41,547 nt of DNA from a virus: IMG/VR virus record IMGVR_UViG_3300045988_165964, positions 1 to 41,547 of that record. One strand, 5' to 3'. A program made the position numbers and the translations under genes. Below the pieces are notes generated by a model. That model made no database searches. It was given only the letters and a program-made list of their open reading frames with translations, and was not told where the DNA came from. This document shows positions 8,247 through 17,890 of the stretch, piece after piece. How positions within the stretch are numbered: the first letter of the stretch is position 1; every line of letters starts with the position of its first letter.

Positions 8247-9950
8247 ATGGCGAATGGCGACAAGATAAAAGGGTTGACCGTCAAGATTGGTGCGGACACC
8301 TCTGATTTTGTTAAAGAGCTGAAAAAAGTCGATAAGGAGATAAACGCTACTCAAAAATCGGCTAACAATTTACAGAAAGGTCTTGAATTAAAATACGATG
8401 AGTCTCGGTTTTTACAGGCTCAAAAGAAGATTCAACAGGCTTTGACTGAGACGGAACAAAAGGCTGATGCAATTCGTAAACAGATGAAGCATCTGGAAGA
8501 TAGCGGTCAAGTTGACACTACTGCCTACGATACTCTTCAAAATGAATTGGCTCAGACTGAAACCAAGGCTCTTCAACTTGGGAATCAGTTAAAGAAACTT
8601 GACGATGTTAAGTTTAAGTCTCTTACAAAAGGACTTGATGATGTCTCGAAAGGGTTAGACACCGCTGCTAATAAAACCAAGGTCTTTTCAGTTGCTGCTG
8701 CGGGAGCTTTGGTAGGAGCTGCTGCTCTTGCAAAATCTACGGCAGCTACGGGTGCGGAATTACAGGACTACTCTGACCGTCTTGGGATATCTGCTGAGGC
8801 TTTACAAAGATGGCAATATATTGCTATGCAGAGTGGTGTAAGCAATGAGCAACTCAATAAGGCTTTCTCGAAGTCCAGAGATGTTGTAGGAACGGCTCTT
8901 GCAGGAGCAACCAATACCGCTACCAATGCTCTACAAACACTTGTAGGAGACCTGTCTAAGATCCCGAGTTCAACCGAGGGAGCGTTTGATTATATCATCA
9001 AAGCCTTGGCTCAGGTTTCTGATAAAACTCAGCAAGCCTATTACGCTAACGAAATATTTGGTGAAAAACTTGCGACAAATCTTATTCCTATGCTGAATAA
9101 CGGGACTGAAAAGTTGAATAAACTTAATCAGGAGTTTGAGAGTATAGGATATCTCAGCAATGAGCAAGTCCAGAATTTGGCTGACCTTGATGATCAACTC
9201 AATATTGTCAATGCTCAGTTAGATCTTGCAAAAGCGGAATTGGGAATCGCTCTTGTTCCGATATTAGAAACTTTGAATGACTTGTTGGTAAACAACCTCA
9301 TTCCTGCTGCAAAGAAACTTGCAGAGTGGTTCAACGGATTGTCCGAGAGAGGTCAAAAATTCGTTGTTGTCGGTTTACTTATGGCTGCGGCATTGAGTCC
9401 TGTACTGAAACTGATGTCAAGTCTTATTGGGGTTATTCCTAAACTCATAAAATTTTTAGGAAGTCTACAAGGAGCTGCTCTAAAAACCACTGCGGGGTTT
9501 GCTGCTTTGGGTACGGCTTTTGTTCTGTGTTTAGACCTTATTGCTAATTGGAAGAATATGTCTACCATAGAAAAGATTTTGAAATCTTTAGCATTAGCAG
9601 CCTTGGTTGCTGCGGCAGCTGTTGCTGTATTTCATGCTGCTTGGTCTTGGGGTATTGCGGTTGGTGCTATTGCTGCTGGTATTACTGCTGCGATCGCTAC
9701 GGTTAAAGCAGCGAGTGATGAAATCGGAGTAGATACTGATTTTAGTGATGTAGACTCACTTACTACCTCGGCAGGAGAATCTTCTCCTCGTAGTTATGGC
9801 GGAGGGTCTACTACCTATAATGAGGATAATTCTCAATACAATATTTCAATCAATATGGATGCCTCAGGAGATTTGAATTATGATTCAAAGGCTCTGGCAG
9901 AAGAAGTTATAAAGCAAATTCAAATAAAGAAACAGGCAGGGAGGGGTTGA
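8247..9950 (+). CDS. tape measure protein
   Basis: 567 aa with long coiled-coil segments and an Ala/Gly-rich hydrophobic segment (AALVAAAAVAVFHAAWSWGIAVGAIAAGITAAIA). Lies after the chaperone pair. Confidence 0.85.
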   Translation: MANGDKIKGLTVKIGADTSDFVKELKKVDKEINATQKSANNLQKGLELKYDESRFLQAQKKIQQALTETEQKADAIRKQMKHLEDSGQVDTTAYDTLQNELAQTETKALQLGNQLKKLDDVKFKSLTKGLDDVSKGLDTAANKTKVFSVAAAGALVGAAALAKSTAATGAELQDYSDRLGISAEALQRWQYIAMQSGVSNEQLNKAFSKSRDVVGTALAGATNTATNALQTLVGDLSKIPSSTEGAFDYIIKALAQVSDKTQQAYYANEIFGEKLATNLIPMLNNGTEKLNKLNQEFESIGYLSNEQVQNLADLDDQLNIVNAQLDLAKAELGIALVPILETLNDLLVNNLIPAAKKLAEWFNGLSERGQKFVVVGLLMAAALSPVLKLMSSLIGVIPKLIKFLGSLQGAALKTTAGFAALGTAFVLCLDLIANWKNMSTIEKILKSLALAALVAAAAVAVFHAAWSWGIAVGAIAAGITAAIATVKAASDEIGVDTDFSDVDSLTTSAGESSPRSYGGGSTTYNEDNSQYNISINMDASGDLNYDSKALAEEVIKQIQIKKQAGRG

Positions 9951-10801
9951 TAATGATACGAGCCTATGCTTTGGTCATCCTTGATAAACAGGATAAAATT
10001 ATTGATCGGTTTAATCTCCCGTTGGTAACGAATCCTACAGAGAATGGTTTCAAGTTATCTTTATCTAAGATTTCAAGTGATATTGAAGACATAATAACAA
10101 AGGTTGTTCAACAGAAGACTGTAAAGAAGTTCAATGTCATTCAATATCAAAATTCTTATGAGAAATCTTTAGTTTTATCAAACTGGATTCAAAAGTACTC
10201 TAAGACAGACTTTCGGATGGCTTTGGAGTATAATGATACCAATCTACTCAAATATTGTGAGGGAAAGGTTACTTCCCTTGATAAAACCGAAAAAGACGAA
10301 TATGGAGTACTGACTCAGGCTATGGAATTCACTCCTGTGACTCCGTACTTCTTAAAACAAGAAAATGCTCTGATATTGAAGTCTTCAAATGTGGGTAAAA
10401 AATATCCATATAAATATCCGTATATGTATGGTACGAGTACTGTTGAAAATAACAAAGTTGACAACCCATACTTATATGATATTCCCGTTATAGTGACTCT
10501 TACAGGACCGATAGAACACCCTGCTGTAAGCCTTGCGGATGAAAACGATGAGAGCTACGCAAAAGTCAGTTTTCCGAATATTGACTTGGCTCAGGGTGAA
10601 AAACTTGTTATCAATTCGGCTCAGCGTAAAATCTATAAGATTGCTACAAACGGTACAGAAACAGACTATGTTCCGGAAGTTGACCCTCAATTTGATACTT
10701 TCTTACGAGCTCGGAGTGGTATTAGCAAATTGATTGTAAATACTCTCGATGCGGGGATAGGGTTTAGCCTTGTAGGTGGTTGGAGACAGTATGTGTTATG
10801 A
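9947..10801 (+). CDS. distal tail protein (Dit-like)
   Basis: 284 aa, overlaps the tape measure stop. Canonical position. Confidence 0.65.
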   Translation: MIMIRAYALVILDKQDKIIDRFNLPLVTNPTENGFKLSLSKISSDIEDIITKVVQQKTVKKFNVIQYQNSYEKSLVLSNWIQKYSKTDFRMALEYNDTNLLKYCEGKVTSLDKTEKDEYGVLTQAMEFTPVTPYFLKQENALILKSSNVGKKYPYKYPYMYGTSTVENNKVDNPYLYDIPVIVTLTGPIEHPAVSLADENDESYAKVSFPNIDLAQGEKLVINSAQRKIYKIATNGTETDYVPEVDPQFDTFLRARSGISKLIVNTLDAGIGFSLVGGWRQYVL

Positions 10802-11826
10802 TTGTATCCTTTTATGATAAAAATTTCAAAGGTCTTCAAAGCAATGCTTCTTTGACGGTTGATAAAGATAGTTACTCTCTCATTAAAAGACCTGTAGAGA
10901 TAAATAGTCTGTCCTGTAAATGTGAGGCTTTTACGGAAGATATTCAACCGACCTTTCTCATTATAAAAGATGACAAGGGTGGATATATCTACGGTAGTCT
11001 TGCAGGAATCCCCACTCTCAATGAGAATAATATAACTGAAATAACAGGAACAGATTTGAAGACAATGTTGTCAAGTGATGTTGTTCTTCAGCCAGGGTCT
11101 TATTCTACGGTTAATGCTTATTTGACCTATATATTCGGAGAGTGGAAAACTCAGGTGAATCAAAACTCTATGTCTTGTGAGCTTGTGTTTAGAGAGTATG
11201 TCGGTTATGACTTTACTATTCCTATGGCGGACTATAAACCAAGTACAGATAAGGCGGTTTACAATGCTTGGGAAGAGATTCAGAGCTACTTAAAATATTA
11301 TGACCTGTATCTTGATACTTATATTGATTTGAAGAATAAAAAGGTTCAATTCATTATAGGTAAGACAATGTACAATACTGTAAATATAAAGCTGTGGGAA
11401 TACGGCATTAAAAATTACGGGAAATGGGTTGCTACGGTTAATGAGACTCAGGGTTATTATATCAACAAAAATACAGGAGTCTGGACTGCGGGTACTAAAT
11501 GGATTCTGACAAGTCAAAATCAAATCACGATTACTCCTGCTAATAGAGATATCTATCCTATTAAAAAGAAGATTTATACAAGTGAAGAAAGCCTGACAGA
11601 GGCAAATCAGTTGGCTTTGGAAGATTTGTTGAATTATCTTTTTAATGAGAATATAGATATCAGTATAAATGACTTTACACCAGAGTTTGAATCTAAATTT
11701 GCCGTGTATGTAAAGCGAGGTCAGGCTAAATATAAAGATCTTCCCTGTGGGGAATTGCACTATGATGCGAGCGGTCTTGTAAAGTGTCAGATCGGTTATA
11801 GATATACGGGAGCAGAATTTCTATAA
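10798..11826 (+). CDS. tail-associated (Tal-like / Sipho_Gp37-like) baseplate protein
   Basis: ATG at 10798 overlaps the upstream TGA (ATGA). 342 aa, placed by synteny after Dit. Confidence 0.5.
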   Translation: MIVSFYDKNFKGLQSNASLTVDKDSYSLIKRPVEINSLSCKCEAFTEDIQPTFLIIKDDKGGYIYGSLAGIPTLNENNITEITGTDLKTMLSSDVVLQPGSYSTVNAYLTYIFGEWKTQVNQNSMSCELVFREYVGYDFTIPMADYKPSTDKAVYNAWEEIQSYLKYYDLYLDTYIDLKNKKVQFIIGKTMYNTVNIKLWEYGIKNYGKWVATVNETQGYYINKNTGVWTAGTKWILTSQNQITITPANRDIYPIKKKIYTSEESLTEANQLALEDLLNYLFNENIDISINDFTPEFESKFAVYVKRGQAKYKDLPCGELHYDASGLVKCQIGYRYTGAEFL

Positions 11827-11836
11827 GGAGACAAGT

Positions 11837-12799
11837 ATGATAAAAATAGTCAGAGAGCCGAGTGATACTCCGAATATTCAAAATACGGATGATTTTGTCG
11901 GTTTAAGATATTCCTATGGTGACTATAATGGTTATGTAAATAATAAGGGGCAAATGCTTGCTTACCAAATCAACGGTTCTACTTTCAAAGTTCTGAGCGG
12001 TAGAGCGGTTGTAAATGGAGTAGAGGTAGATATAGATGCTAACGGAGCGAGCATAACCATCGATAATATATCTCAAACACAGGCGCACTCTTTGTATATC
12101 AGAGTTAATCTTGCTACAATGAAAGCAGATTTGTTTGATGTTATTGGGAACGATCTTCCTACGAGTGATGACTTAACTGCAAACACCGCAGGAATGGCTT
12201 ATTTGTTACTCTATACTTTTAATTCTACTGCTGGAGTTATCAGTGATGTAGTGAAAAAAGTTGAAAAAATTACAAGTCTTAAAGATGTTATTTCTGGAGT
12301 AGTTTTAGTAGAAAAAGCAAAGCATGCTGAAAAATCTGTGAATGCTGAACAGACTGATTTTACTAATGGTGAATGGCAGACAGGAGATCTGTATTTGACT
12401 GATAAAGACCTTGCCGAAGATTCTGTAAATGAGTATGAAATAAGAGTTAGAATTCCTATTCCAAGGATAGATAGTACATTAGGACTGGAAATTCCTGCAG
12501 ATGCTAATTATAGATACTATGCTGTAATTTCAAATATTATTTGTTTTCGTCGTCCGAGTGGACAATACTCTTCTCACACCAATCATTTTGCTGTTGGTTC
12601 TTATTGGCGTTTTGTAGATATTAACGAGGAAATAATGCTTTATGTTGGTCTGCAAGTTATGCCGAAAGAAAATGAAACTTATCCTGTAAAACTTAATTAC
12701 ACGGCTTTGCGTCTTGATTTAGACAATTCTACAAATAATAAGTTCGAACTATTTGGTTCTTCTCCCTATATAGAAATGATATGGCGTCGTATAAAATAA
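11837..12799 (+). CDS. tail fibre / baseplate protein, unknown family
   Basis: 320 aa, SD AAGGAGA. Its N-terminal ~140 aa are weakly similar in pattern to the N-terminus of the next protein. Confidence 0.45.
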   Translation: MIKIVREPSDTPNIQNTDDFVGLRYSYGDYNGYVNNKGQMLAYQINGSTFKVLSGRAVVNGVEVDIDANGASITIDNISQTQAHSLYIRVNLATMKADLFDVIGNDLPTSDDLTANTAGMAYLLLYTFNSTAGVISDVVKKVEKITSLKDVISGVVLVEKAKHAEKSVNAEQTDFTNGEWQTGDLYLTDKDLAEDSVNEYEIRVRIPIPRIDSTLGLEIPADANYRYYAVISNIICFRRPSGQYSSHTNHFAVGSYWRFVDINEEIMLYVGLQVMPKENETYPVKLNYTALRLDLDNSTNNKFELFGSSPYIEMIWRRIK

Positions 12800-12809
12800 G
12801 GAGTTTATA

Positions 12810-14543
12810 ATGGCAATAAGAATTTTAACTAAAAACGGAGTTGAAAATACCAATATTGACGGTGCAAGAGATTGTAATTTCAATGCTGGTAATCGTGATG
12901 GTATTGTTAAAAGCGTACTCAAAGAGGGAAACTTCTTTTTGTCTTCTTCGAATGTAATTGCTCTTGATACCTGTGAGCTCCGTATATTCGGTCATAGAAT
13001 AGTTATAGACACTATTCAATACAAAACATTTTCTTCCGTCCCGACTACCCCTATACGCTATGCTCTTATAGGACAAATCATTATGACGGAGACTGTACCG
13101 TCTTTCTCCCTCATTGTTCAGTATGCTGAAAAGATACTGCAGAAAGATAACATCAATAATGGAAATGGGACTTACGAGGTTGAAATCGGAAGATTTACAC
13201 TTCAACCGAACGGAACGATTGTAGACCTTGTTCGTACCCTTGACATTATAACAGGCGGAACAGGGTCAGGAGACGGGAGCGGTCTTGAAATTGGTACGGT
13301 TACAACCAATACTCTTGCTGCGGGTTTAGATGCAGAAGTAGACATTGAAAATCGCTATGATGAGGAAAAGGGTAAAACCGTAACAGACTTTACATTCAGT
13401 ATTCCTCAGGGTGAGTCTCCTGATATAGCTACAAGTACTTTGAATGCTCTTGAGGCTAAACTCAATGAGAATATAGTCAAAGATCCGAGTAAGACTTATC
13501 TTACATGGCAAGGAGCAAGTTTCCCCTCTCCAGAAACAACTTTTACAGCTCCTGCTGGCTCAGTTATTGACTGGGGTGATGGTTCGGTTCAGACTTTTAC
13601 GATAGCAAGTACAACAACGCACTCTTACACAGATGGAATAGAATATCATTTGATATCTATTAAAGGATTGACTTCTATAGATGATAGTATGTTTATGAGT
13701 CAATCTGAACTCATAAGCATAACTCTTGGAAATGAAATAACTACACTCTATTTCAGTGCTTTTGAGTTTTGTTCAAATCTTATAAGTGTGATACTTCCAA
13801 ATAGCCTAACAGTCATCAATGGCTCAGCGTTTGCGAGTTGTTCAAAACTTATAGATATAAATATTCCTATAAGTGTGACTCATATTGGCAATTATGCTTT
13901 TGAATACTGCTCTGCTCTTACAAATATAGTGATTCCTGATAGTGTTACGGCTCTTGGGAGTCAAGTATTTAGAAATTGTAGTGGTCTTATTGAAGTTACA
14001 ATTCCAAAAAAACTTGCCACAATTCCGGCTGCAACTTTCATTGCTTGTAGCAGCCTTGAAACTATCCATGTTCGTAGGTCTAAGCCTGGTACACTTGGGG
14101 AAGATGCTATTCCTACTACGATTAAAAAGATTATTGTACCAAAAGCAAAAATAGCAGACTATAAGGCTGCTGCTGTATGGTCTACCTATGCTGATAAAAT
14201 TGTTTATGAAGTAGACAGTAGTGATTTATCGAGCGGTGGAAAGATTTACAGACACTTACTAAAATGTTCGAATTATAATAATGATAAGAGCTATAATATA
14301 GTAGCCTATTCATCTAAAAGTGATGCTATAACCAGTGACTATGTTTTGGCGAACCAAAATTGCCTGGTTGGGGCTATAAGTTCGGTATATAGTAATAACG
14401 AAGGAACGGTTATTTTCGATAGATTGATTACAGGTGTTGACCCTCATGGTCCTCCAGGAGGATATTTCGGAATCCAGGCAGGAGCAGGATTTCCGACTAC
14501 TGAATATATTAAAATTGAATCCGATTCATTCGCAGCATTATAA
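12810..14543 (+). CDS. receptor-binding tail fibre with BspA-type leucine-rich repeats
   Basis: 577 aa. Fibre collar motif (GGTGSGDGSGLEIGTVTT...FTFSIPQGESPD) and IDWGDGS. About six ~23-aa repeats of the type AFxxCSxLxxIxIPxSVTxIG lie at aa ~286-445 (nt ~13665-14144). Confidence 0.75.
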   Translation: MAIRILTKNGVENTNIDGARDCNFNAGNRDGIVKSVLKEGNFFLSSSNVIALDTCELRIFGHRIVIDTIQYKTFSSVPTTPIRYALIGQIIMTETVPSFSLIVQYAEKILQKDNINNGNGTYEVEIGRFTLQPNGTIVDLVRTLDIITGGTGSGDGSGLEIGTVTTNTLAAGLDAEVDIENRYDEEKGKTVTDFTFSIPQGESPDIATSTLNALEAKLNENIVKDPSKTYLTWQGASFPSPETTFTAPAGSVIDWGDGSVQTFTIASTTTHSYTDGIEYHLISIKGLTSIDDSMFMSQSELISITLGNEITTLYFSAFEFCSNLISVILPNSLTVINGSAFASCSKLIDINIPISVTHIGNYAFEYCSALTNIVIPDSVTALGSQVFRNCSGLIEVTIPKKLATIPAATFIACSSLETIHVRRSKPGTLGEDAIPTTIKKIIVPKAKIADYKAAAVWSTYADKIVYEVDSSDLSSGGKIYRHLLKCSNYNNDKSYNIVAYSSKSDAITSDYVLANQNCLVGAISSVYSNNEGTVIFDRLITGVDPHGPPGGYFGIQAGAGFPTTEYIKIESDSFAAL

Positions 14544-14600
14544 TCATGGACACGGCAAAAAGAATTTGAAGTTAATCAGACTAAAAAGGAGTATAGAACT

Positions 14601-14936
14601 ATGGGACTTAAAAGATCAAATTATGAAGTAAAGAACATGGGAGTTACGCTCCCACAAGCGTATGCAGTAATTCGCAAACTCAATATAAACGATGACTATG
14701 GAACGGCAGAATTAGTGGTTCAGGCAAATCGTGAATTAGCATTTGATAAAGACCCTTATGAAACTGTAAATATTTTTTTCAAAGTCAATCGTAATGAAAA
14801 CCCATACAAGACTGCTTATGCAAAGGCAAAAGAAAAAACTCTATCTACGATTGTAGATCCTAAAACACAGGAGGAGACTATTGTAGAGAGTAAAATGCCA
14901 TTTGCTGATTGGGAAGATGATTTGATTATTGAATGA
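14601..14936 (+). CDS. hypothetical protein
   Basis: 111 aa, SD AAAAAGGAG 9 nt upstream. Confidence 0.6.
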   Translation: MGLKRSNYEVKNMGVTLPQAYAVIRKLNINDDYGTAELVVQANRELAFDKDPYETVNIFFKVNRNENPYKTAYAKAKEKTLSTIVDPKTQEETIVESKMPFADWEDDLIIE

Positions 14937-14982
14937 GTGAATACTCACTACAATAAAATCTAAAAAGGAGGATATAATTACT

Positions 14983-15222
14983 ATGGCACAGTATAAAGTA
15001 ATTGACGGTGTACTCTATCAATCGGTTGACACTGCTGCTATAAGAGACAGGATGAATTCCGTCGTGGAACAAGTCCGTCCTTATAAAGATGGCATCCAAC
15101 AGTGTGAAAACCAGATTCGTGAGTACAAAGAACAAATTGCTACAATCGTTCAATCAAGTGGGTTGAATCGTGAAGTAGTAAGAGCTCTTGACCCCGAAAA
15201 AGCAGATTTTTTGGGACTTTAA
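14983..15222 (+). CDS. hypothetical protein
   Basis: 79 aa, SD AAAAGGAGG. A weak hairpin (15221-15236) follows. Confidence 0.6.
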   Translation: MAQYKVIDGVLYQSVDTAAIRDRMNSVVEQVRPYKDGIQQCENQIREYKEQIATIVQSSGLNREVVRALDPEKADFLGL

Positions 15223-15305
15223 GTGAATCTTCACTTATGAATTTTATTCTACTTATAGCGAAAGTCATTTTGAAATATTTCAAATTATAAAGGAGGCAAT
15301 TCCAT

Positions 15306-15866
15306 ATGGAGCAAATTTTCGCTTATATTGACACTTACGGTCTACTCGTAGTCATTGCGGGTTTGCTTGCTTCTATGCTTTGCGGTTGCATTAAAATTCC
15401 GATTGTAAAAGCAATTAAAAAGAAGAATCTTGGAGAAAAGGCTACCTCTAACAGGATAACGACGGTTTGTACACTTATTGTAGCAGTATTCAGTATACTG
15501 ATTATTGTAGCATACACTTGTATTAAAGCACACTCGTTTGCTCCTCTGATGACGGTAGAATTGTATTCGGATATCTTGCTTGCAATTACTTTTGCTAAAA
15601 TTGCTTATATGCTTTACGAGGGTGTTGGGGAAATTTCTATCAAGAAATGGATGCATCAACTCTTTACGGCGATAGCGGAAAAATCTCGCAACAATAAAGC
15701 ATCTACGGTTCAGGACTATGTAGATATCGTTCAATCGGTTCTTACTGATACCTTACATATGCCTCTTACAGATGCCCAAAAAGAGACTTTGAAACAATCT
15801 TTGAAGAAACAAGCACCTGTAACCGAAGAAAAGCAAGAAGAAACTGATGACGGAGAAAAAGTATAA
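15306..15866 (+). CDS. membrane protein, putative holin
   Basis: 186 aa, SD AAAGGAGG. Three predicted TM helices (LLVVIAGLLASMLCGCI, VCTLIVAVFSILIIVAYTCI, ILLAITFAKIAYMLY) and a charged C-terminus. Located after the tail fibres. Confidence 0.5.
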   Translation: MEQIFAYIDTYGLLVVIAGLLASMLCGCIKIPIVKAIKKKNLGEKATSNRITTVCTLIVAVFSILIIVAYTCIKAHSFAPLMTVELYSDILLAITFAKIAYMLYEGVGEISIKKWMHQLFTAIAEKSRNNKASTVQDYVDIVQSVLTDTLHMPLTDAQKETLKQSLKKQAPVTEEKQEETDDGEKV

Positions 15867-16449
15867 TTCTCCCAAGACGGTGTTTTGGGCAGGGATGTTT
15901 TATATGTTCCTGCTCTCAACACTGACGGCTTTCATATTTCATTTTGTAGGACTAAAATGGTTTGAATGTACTGTTAAAATAAAAGAGCCGAGCATAGTCC
16001 TACAGAAATTGATTAAAGCTGCTTTGAAGATATTTGAATTGGTGTTTGTTTTCAAAATACTGATTCGAAAGTCTTTTCTAAGATGTATCATTTTAGCTAC
16101 GATACAAGTTGTTACAATAGGGTTTATACCTATACATTATCAAGCCTATGTGGATATCGGTTACACCGTGTTGTGTATTCTATTATTACGGAAACATAGA
16201 TTTGACGGTTTGATAGATTACATTGCTCTATTTATTCTTATGAATTTATACTCCCTCGTGTTTGTGGTCGCACGGTTTGGAGGAATAGTCCCTGATGTAG
16301 CAGAATCTTTCTATACAGGCATTGCTTCTGTTATAGACTATAAACTCTTTATTGTAACGCTGTATATGTATATCAAATATAAAGGAGGGATAAAATTATG
16401 GAAAATGAAAAGAAGAATTTTTCAGATCAACAGAGACCCAGAGATGTAA
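15847..16449 (+). CDS. polytopic membrane protein
   Basis: 200 aa with at least 5 hydrophobic helices. Start uncertain (15847 or 15895). Confidence 0.5.
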   Translation: MTEKKYNSPKTVFWAGMFYMFLLSTLTAFIFHFVGLKWFECTVKIKEPSIVLQKLIKAALKIFELVFVFKILIRKSFLRCIILATIQVVTIGFIPIHYQAYVDIGYTVLCILLLRKHRFDGLIDYIALFILMNLYSLVFVVARFGGIVPDVAESFYTGIASVIDYKLFIVTLYMYIKYKGGIKLWKMKRRIFQINRDPEM

Positions 16450-16577
16450 AAGACTGGGATACAAATCATTGTCCTTGGTTTATTTTCGGGGATGAAGATG
16501 CTGCTAATTATGATCTTGAAAAAGTCAAATCTTGGTTTACCAAAAAATTTGGTAAAAAGAAAAAGAGGAGGATGTAG
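16398..16577 (+). CDS. small basic protein (59 aa), not in the ORF track
   Basis: ATG at 16398 follows AAAGGAGGGATAAAATT. MENEKKNFSDQQRPRDVKDWDTNHCPWFIFGDEDAANYDLEKVKSWFTKKFGKKKKRRM. Its TAG overlaps the GTG of the next gene (TAGTG). Confidence 0.5.
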   Translation: MENEKKNFSDQQRPRDVKDWDTNHCPWFIFGDEDAANYDLEKVKSWFTKKFGKKKKRRM

Positions 16578-16903
16578 TGTTTGCTAAAATTTACAAGTAC
16601 TCTATGTTCCTTGGAATTGTTGCTATTCTTACAGGTATAGCCTATTGTATGAATTCTGTTGTAGAATTATACACAATGCTTATCAGTTTTCTTATAGCAA
16701 AACAGCGGTATAAATACAAATTCCATTGTAAGTCTTTCAATTTTGATGAGATAGATGAGGAAATAGTTATACAAAGGCTCATTTATCATCTTAAAGGGAA
16801 AGACCTATATGATAAAATAGGCTATTCAAAACCTCAAATGATAAGACGGGAACAAAGGATAGAGTCCATCTTGAAAATACCGTTAAAACGCTATACAAAA
16901 TAA
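16577..16903 (+). CDS. small membrane protein
   Basis: 108 aa, GTG start after AAGAGGAGGATG. Two N-terminal TM helices. Confidence 0.5.
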   Translation: MFAKIYKYSMFLGIVAILTGIAYCMNSVVELYTMLISFLIAKQRYKYKFHCKSFNFDEIDEEIVIQRLIYHLKGKDLYDKIGYSKPQMIRREQRIESILKIPLKRYTK

Positions 16904-16907
16904 TACT

Positions 16908-16955
16908 AAACCCCGCAAAGATACCTTTACGATACCTCTGCGGGGTTTTCTTTTC
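16908..16955 (+). terminator. rho-independent terminator
   Basis: CCCCGCA (16911-16917) pairs with TGCGGGG (16939-16945), followed by TTTTCTTTT. The loop contains a GATACCT direct repeat. Confidence 0.6.
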
Positions 16956-16999
16956 GGTTTATCCTCGTATACTAATACTGAAAATAGGAGGTGGGCGTG

Positions 17000-17455
17000 A
17001 TGTATAGTCCTTATCAGTTTAATAATTCAATGCCGACGGCAACACAACCTTACGGATATCCGATGTCACCTTATATAGGGAATCCTCAACAGGCTCAACC
17101 GATACAACAACCACAAATGAATACCAACAAGATATTTGTAAGCGGTATAGAAGAAGTCAAGATGAAAATGCTCCCTCCGAATAGTGAGTTTGTTTATCTT
17201 GATAATGAAAAGTCTATTCTCTATCAAAAGACAGTAGATAGTACAGGACATTTTGAAGTGCGAGCATTTGATATAACCGAGCACAAGGAACAGAAACCTG
17301 CTGAAAACGCTCAAACGATAGATACCCAAGACCTTGTAAGCCGTAAAGACTTTGACAGTCTCAAGGCTGAGTTCATTGCTCTGAGAGATAAAATAAAAGG
17401 TAATTATGGAAGAGGAAATCAAGAGACAAATAGATCTTCTGAAGAAAGAAAATAA
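17000..17455 (+). CDS. Q/P/Y-rich N-terminus protein, unknown function
   Basis: ATG at 17000 lies 8 nt after AGGAGG. N-terminus YSPYQFNNSMPTATQPYGYPMSPYIGNPQQAQPIQQPQ, followed by a globular part. Confidence 0.6.
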   Translation: MYSPYQFNNSMPTATQPYGYPMSPYIGNPQQAQPIQQPQMNTNKIFVSGIEEVKMKMLPPNSEFVYLDNEKSILYQKTVDSTGHFEVRAFDITEHKEQKPAENAQTIDTQDLVSRKDFDSLKAEFIALRDKIKGNYGRGNQETNRSSEERK

Positions 17456-17573
17456 AACCCTGAAAAAGAACTTGGCTTTTGAGATAGGCAAGAACCAAGC
17501 TCTTGAGGAAGAGAATCAGGCTCTCAGAGCAACTTTACAAAGTCTCAAGGAATTTATAGGAGGAAGTGTATGA
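17406..17573 (+). CDS. small coiled-coil protein (55 aa), not in the ORF track
   Basis: MEEEIKRQIDLLKKENKTLKKNLAFEIGKNQALEEENQALRATLQSLKEFIGGSV. The stop overlaps the next ATG (ATGA). The SD is weak. Confidence 0.4.
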   Translation: MEEEIKRQIDLLKKENKTLKKNLAFEIGKNQALEEENQALRATLQSLKEFIGGSV

Positions 17574-17830
17574 ACATCTTGAATAACCGAGCAGGGACTC
17601 CTGCGGTTTTACCTCCGCAAATTATGCAAGGTATCAGTCAGATCAAACAAATGCAATCTCTATTCAACGGTACACCTCAGCAAATGCTTCAACAAATGGC
17701 TCAAAGCAATCCTATATTTAATGAAGTTATTCAAATGTGCAAAGGGCAAAACCCTCAGCAAGTTTTTGAAATGCTGTGTAAACAAAGAGGGATAGATGGT
17801 AACGCTATTCTCAAAGAACTTCAAAAATAA
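17570..17830 (+). CDS. small Q-rich protein, unknown function
   Basis: 86 aa, SD AGGAGGAAG. Confidence 0.6.
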   Translation: MNILNNRAGTPAVLPPQIMQGISQIKQMQSLFNGTPQQMLQQMAQSNPIFNEVIQMCKGQNPQQVFEMLCKQRGIDGNAILKELQK

Positions 17831-17890
17831 CACAAGGTCATAGGTCGACATATGATTGAGTGATATTTAATAAATTATAAGGAGAAAATT

